This document shows, piece by piece, positions 51,363 through 54,422 of a stretch of DNA of 54,422 nucleotides. Numbering within the stretch: position 1 is the stretch's first letter; every line of letters starts with the position of its first letter. Made by a program: the position numbers and the translations under genes. The notes under the pieces are model-generated. The model was not told where the DNA came from. It did not search any database and saw only the letters and a list, made by a program, of their open reading frames with translations. The DNA comes from an uncultured virus (IMG/VR IMGVR_UViG_3300035665_002234) (lineage: Duplodnaviria > Heunggongvirae > Uroviricota > Caudoviricetes), in IMG/VR virus record IMGVR_UViG_3300035665_002234; one strand, 5' to 3'.

Positions 51363-51377
51363 AATAGTATAAATATT

Positions 51378-51410
51378 AAAAAACCCCTGATTTTAGTCAA
51401 GGGTCTTTTT
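51378..51410 (-). terminator. Rho-independent terminator
   Basis: Minus strand ACCCTTGA-CTAAAA-TCAGGGGT-TTTTT after the stop at 51412. Confidence 0.7.
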
Positions 51411-51411
51411 A

Positions 51412-51858
51412 TTAGGGTCTCATTTTTCGTAGTTGGTCTCGTAGTTCAATTGCCTTTTCAAAGTTTTGAGATTTAATACAATCCTTTAACTCATCTTCAA
51501 CTTGTTTAATTTCTTCTTGGTCTTTTTCAAAAGTTTTGATTTTATCACGAAGATAAATTGCCAATTGGAAATCTTCTTTATTAACTGCAGTTTCAAGTTG
51601 TTGCTTTAATGATTCCAAAGAATTTTTATTTTTTCTTGGTGGAACTGTTGAACTTGATGTTACAATATATGTAATACGTCCATCGGGTGATGTGAATGTT
51701 TCTTTTTCCCAATCCAAACCATTTTCGCTTCCTGTTTCTGTTTTATGTTCCATAGAAGAACTGTTAAAGTTAGGGTTGTAATCACCGAACATTTCGTTGA
51801 TTTCGTCCATCATTTGTTTTAATGATTTTCTGTTGTTGTTTCCAAATAAGTCAAACAT
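51412..51858 (-). CDS. Double UvrB/UvrC (UVR) motif protein, possible ClpC partner
   Basis: LETAVNKEDFQLAIYLRDKI and LKDCIKSQNFEKAIELRDQL. Confidence 0.75.
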   Translation of the reverse strand: MFDLFGNNNRKSLKQMMDEINEMFGDYNPNFNSSSMEHKTETGSENGLDWEKETFTSPDGRITYIVTSSSTVPPRKNKNSLESLKQQLETAVNKEDFQLAIYLRDKIKTFEKDQEEIKQVEDELKDCIKSQNFEKAIELRDQLRKMRP

Positions 51859-51928
51859 ATTTTTTTTATTTTAATTTTTTTATCTATCTTTGTAAAACAT
51901 AAATACAAAATTATGCCAAATCAATAAG

Positions 51929-51965
51929 ACTGACATTTTGTCATATTATACTGACATATAGTCAT
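51929..51965. promoter_or_regulatory. Tandem palindromic TGAC-N5-GTCA sites
   Basis: acTGACATTTTGTCAt (51929-51944) and acTGACATATAGTCAt (51950-51965), 21-bp period. Confidence 0.6.
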
Positions 51966-51967
51966 TA

Positions 51968-51997
51968 TTGTTATTTGAAAATAAAATGGTATATTTG
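51968..51997 (+). promoter_or_regulatory. Bacteroidota-type sigma-A promoter of clpC
   Basis: TTG (51968-51970), 19-nt spacer, TATATTTG (51990-51997). Confidence 0.6.
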
Positions 51998-52014
51998 TGG
52001 TAAGATAAAAGACT

Positions 52015-54009
52015 ATGATTGAATCAATGGATAACACAGAAGGTAAATCAACACCTAAAAAGAAATCAGGAGGTACTCCTGTATTGGACAATTTCAGTAA
52101 GGACTTAATTAAAATGGCTCAAGAGGGTAAATTAGACCCTGTAATTGGTCGTGAAATGGAAATTAACCGAATTGCTCAAATCCTTTCCCGTAGAAAGAAA
52201 AATAACCCAATTATCATTGGTGAACCTGGTTGTGGTAAAACCGCAATTGTTGAGGGTTTGGCAATGAAAATCTTTAACGGGGATTGTCCTCGTAACTTGC
52301 GTGATAAACGTATTGTATTATTGGATTTAACATCCATCGTTGCCGGTACAAAGTATCGTGGTCAATTTGAAGAACGTATGAAAGTTATTATTGAAGAACT
52401 TTCAGAAAATCCTGACATTGTAATTTTCATTGATGAAATCCATACAATTGTTGGGGCTGGTAATTCTTCAGGTTCAATGGACGCATCCAACATCTTTAAA
52501 CCAGCACTTGCTCGTGGTGAAATCCAATGTATCGGAGCTACCACTTTGGATGAGTATCGTACCAACTTTGAAAAAGACGGAGCCCTTGAGCGTCGTTTCC
52601 AAAAAGTTGTTGTTGACTCTCCAAATAAAGCAGAGACTTTAACAATTATTACAAATGTTAAAGACAAGTATGAAGACTACCATAAGGTTAGTTATTCTGA
52701 TGAAGTCTTGGAAATGTGTGTAAACTTGGCTGACCGTTACATTACTGACCGTGAGTTCCCTGACAAAGCATTTGACATTATGGATGAAGTTGGTGCTCGT
52801 TCTCAAGTGGATACCAAAATCCCTGAAGCATTGGAGATTCTAAAACAAAAAGCGGCAGAACTTAAACAACAAAAACTTGATGTTGTTAAAAGACAAGACT
52901 TTGAACACGCTGCTGAACTACGTGATAAAGAGAAAAAACTTCTTGAGCGTTTAGAACTTGAAAAAGCAAAGTTTGAAAAGGAACAATCTGAAAATCGTAG
53001 ACCGATTGACCCTGAGTTGGTATTGAATGTAGTTTCTTCAATGACAAAGATTCCTGTTAACAAATTAAATGTTGATGATAAAATGGCTTTGATTGGAATG
53101 GAAAAAACATTGATTTCTGAAGTTGTAGGTCAGGATGATGCGGTGTCAAAGATTTCAAAATCCATCCGTAGAAACCGTCTTGGTATTAAAGACCCAAACA
53201 AACCAATTGGTTCATTTATATTCTTGGGTTCAACAGGTGTGGGTAAAACTCACTTGGCAAAACAATTGGCAAAACAAATCTTTGGTAGTTCAGATGCTCT
53301 TATCCGTGTGGACATGAGTGAGTACCAAGAGAAACATACCATTTCTCGTTTGATTGGTTCCCCTCCAGGTTATGTGGGTTATGAAGAAGGTGGACAATTG
53401 ACCGAACAGGTTAAGAACAAACCTTATTCTGTAATCTTGTTTGATGAGGTAGAAAAGGCAAACAAAGAAATTTTCCATACACTTCTTCAGATGTTGGATG
53501 AAGGATACCTTACAGATTCTTTGGGTAGAAAGATTAACTTCAAAAACTGTTTGATTATTATGACATCAAACATTGGAGTTAAGAAACTTCAAGACTTTGG
53601 AACAGGTATCGGTTTTTCAAGTAACGCTTATTCTAATGAAGAACAGAAGAAAGAAATCTTGAAAAAAGAAATGAAGAATTTTTTCTCTCCTGAGTTCTTG
53701 AACCGTATTGATGATGTGATTGTATTTAATTCTTTGAATGAAGAATCTATCAAAAAGATTGTTGACATTGAATTGAAGAAATTAATGGGTCGTTTATCAG
53801 AATTGAAACTTGTTTTCAAATATGATGATAAATTGGTTTCACACATCGCCAAAATTGGTTATGATGAAGTGTATGGTGCTCGTCCAATCAAGAGAGCAAT
53901 TCAGGACCAAATTGAAGATTTGATATCTGAAGAAGTCCTAAACGGAAATGTGGTTGAAGGTAAACAATATTCCCTATCGGTAAAATCTGAGAAGGTAACC
54001 ATCAAATAA
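52015..54009 (+). CDS. clpC: ClpC-type AAA+ chaperone lacking the N-terminal Clp-repeat domain
   Basis: GEPGCGKT, FIDEIH, UVR-type M-domain (QDFEHAAELRD), GSTGVGKT, GYVGY, LFDEVEKA, IGF loop, GARP. Confidence 0.9.
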   Translation: MIESMDNTEGKSTPKKKSGGTPVLDNFSKDLIKMAQEGKLDPVIGREMEINRIAQILSRRKKNNPIIIGEPGCGKTAIVEGLAMKIFNGDCPRNLRDKRIVLLDLTSIVAGTKYRGQFEERMKVIIEELSENPDIVIFIDEIHTIVGAGNSSGSMDASNIFKPALARGEIQCIGATTLDEYRTNFEKDGALERRFQKVVVDSPNKAETLTIITNVKDKYEDYHKVSYSDEVLEMCVNLADRYITDREFPDKAFDIMDEVGARSQVDTKIPEALEILKQKAAELKQQKLDVVKRQDFEHAAELRDKEKKLLERLELEKAKFEKEQSENRRPIDPELVLNVVSSMTKIPVNKLNVDDKMALIGMEKTLISEVVGQDDAVSKISKSIRRNRLGIKDPNKPIGSFIFLGSTGVGKTHLAKQLAKQIFGSSDALIRVDMSEYQEKHTISRLIGSPPGYVGYEEGGQLTEQVKNKPYSVILFDEVEKANKEIFHTLLQMLDEGYLTDSLGRKINFKNCLIIMTSNIGVKKLQDFGTGIGFSSNAYSNEEQKKEILKKEMKNFFSPEFLNRIDDVIVFNSLNEESIKKIVDIELKKLMGRLSELKLVFKYDDKLVSHIAKIGYDEVYGARPIKRAIQDQIEDLISEEVLNGNVVEGKQYSLSVKSEKVTIK

Positions 54010-54034
54010 GTGAATAATATTCCTTATCGGTAAT

Positions 54035-54066
54035 AAAAGTGGGGTCATTGACCCCATTTTTTTTTT
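54035..54066 (+). terminator. Rho-independent terminator of clpC
   Basis: GGGGTC-ATT-GACCCC followed by a long T run. Confidence 0.8.
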
Positions 54067-54082
54067 ATAAAGTTATAAGCAT

Positions 54083-54108
54083 AAAAAAAGGGTCGTTAAG
54101 ACCCTTTT
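54083..54108 (-). terminator. Rho-independent terminator of the convergent minus-strand gene
   Basis: AAAAAAA-GGGTC-GTTAA-GACCC-TTTT. Confidence 0.75.
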
Positions 54109-54111
54109 CTA

Positions 54112-54420
54112 TTAAATATACCACTGAGATTTTGCGTATTCTTTATCGTACTGATACTCATGTTTCTCATACCCAAGTTTATCAATCATTGCATATGCGG
54201 TCTTGATTGAATTATCCAAATCATCAATTACAACATACTCACTTGGTCTGTGGTAGTTGTAATAACCACAAGAAATGTTGATACAAGAGAAATCAAACTT
54301 CATCTTCAACTGAGAAACATCTGTGTATGGGTGAACCATATACTCACGTTTTGGCATGTACTCATCCAATACCTTATCAACAATGGTGAAGAATTCACTA
54401 TCACGGTTGAATAGACGTAC
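54112..54420 (-). CDS. Partial (C-terminal) Zn-dependent peptidase-like protein (M28/M42-like)
   Basis: Frame stays open to the window end; YTDV...NISCGYYNYH..SEYV resembles the C-terminal D and H metal ligands of this fold. Confidence 0.55.
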   Translation of the reverse strand, partial: VRLFNRDSEFFTIVDKVLDEYMPKREYMVHPYTDVSQLKMKFDFSCINISCGYYNYHRPSEYVVIDDLDNSIKTAYAMIDKLGYEKHEYQYDKEYAKSQWYI

Positions 54421-54422
54421 AC

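Noticed and set aside
1..54422. Stop-codon reassignment, introns/inteins, tRNAs, integrase or transposase
   Set aside because: Conserved genes are full-length and uninterrupted in the standard code, intergenic gaps are too short or show no cloverleaf, and no recombinase motifs were recognised.

Overview
AT-rich, densely coding fragment of a large T4-like (myovirus-type) bacteriophage genome, standard genetic code, probably infecting Bacteroidota. The host call rests on a Bacteroidota-type ribosomal protein bS21, two exact TTG-N19-TAnnTTTG promoters, a DUF4494-like gene and a general lack of Shine-Dalgarno motifs. The right half holds the head/packaging module (terminase large subunit, portal, bS21 on the opposite strand, prohead protease, acidic scaffold, major capsid protein), matching the layout described for bS21-encoding large phages. 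It also carries a Pol-beta-type nucleotidyltransferase, a KTSC protein and a divergent UVR-protein/ClpC pair. The left half holds a ~17 kb glycan cluster (about ten glycosyltransferases, three methyltransferase-like genes, Gmd, a DegT aminotransferase, an FdtA-type isomerase and a degenerate NDP-sugar dehydrogenase) interleaved with an exonuclease, dUTPase and PhoH, followed by a gp55-like sigma factor and a baseplate spike. The most interesting candidate system is a GT60-family polypeptide alpha-GlcNAc transferase together with three putative virion proteins carrying long mucin-like (T-x)n/PTVT tracts, which suggests phage-encoded mucin-type O-glycosylation of the virion. A recurring TATTTAT motif upstream of 13 genes is a candidate late promoter. 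All family assignments are from motif recognition by eye; no database search was run.
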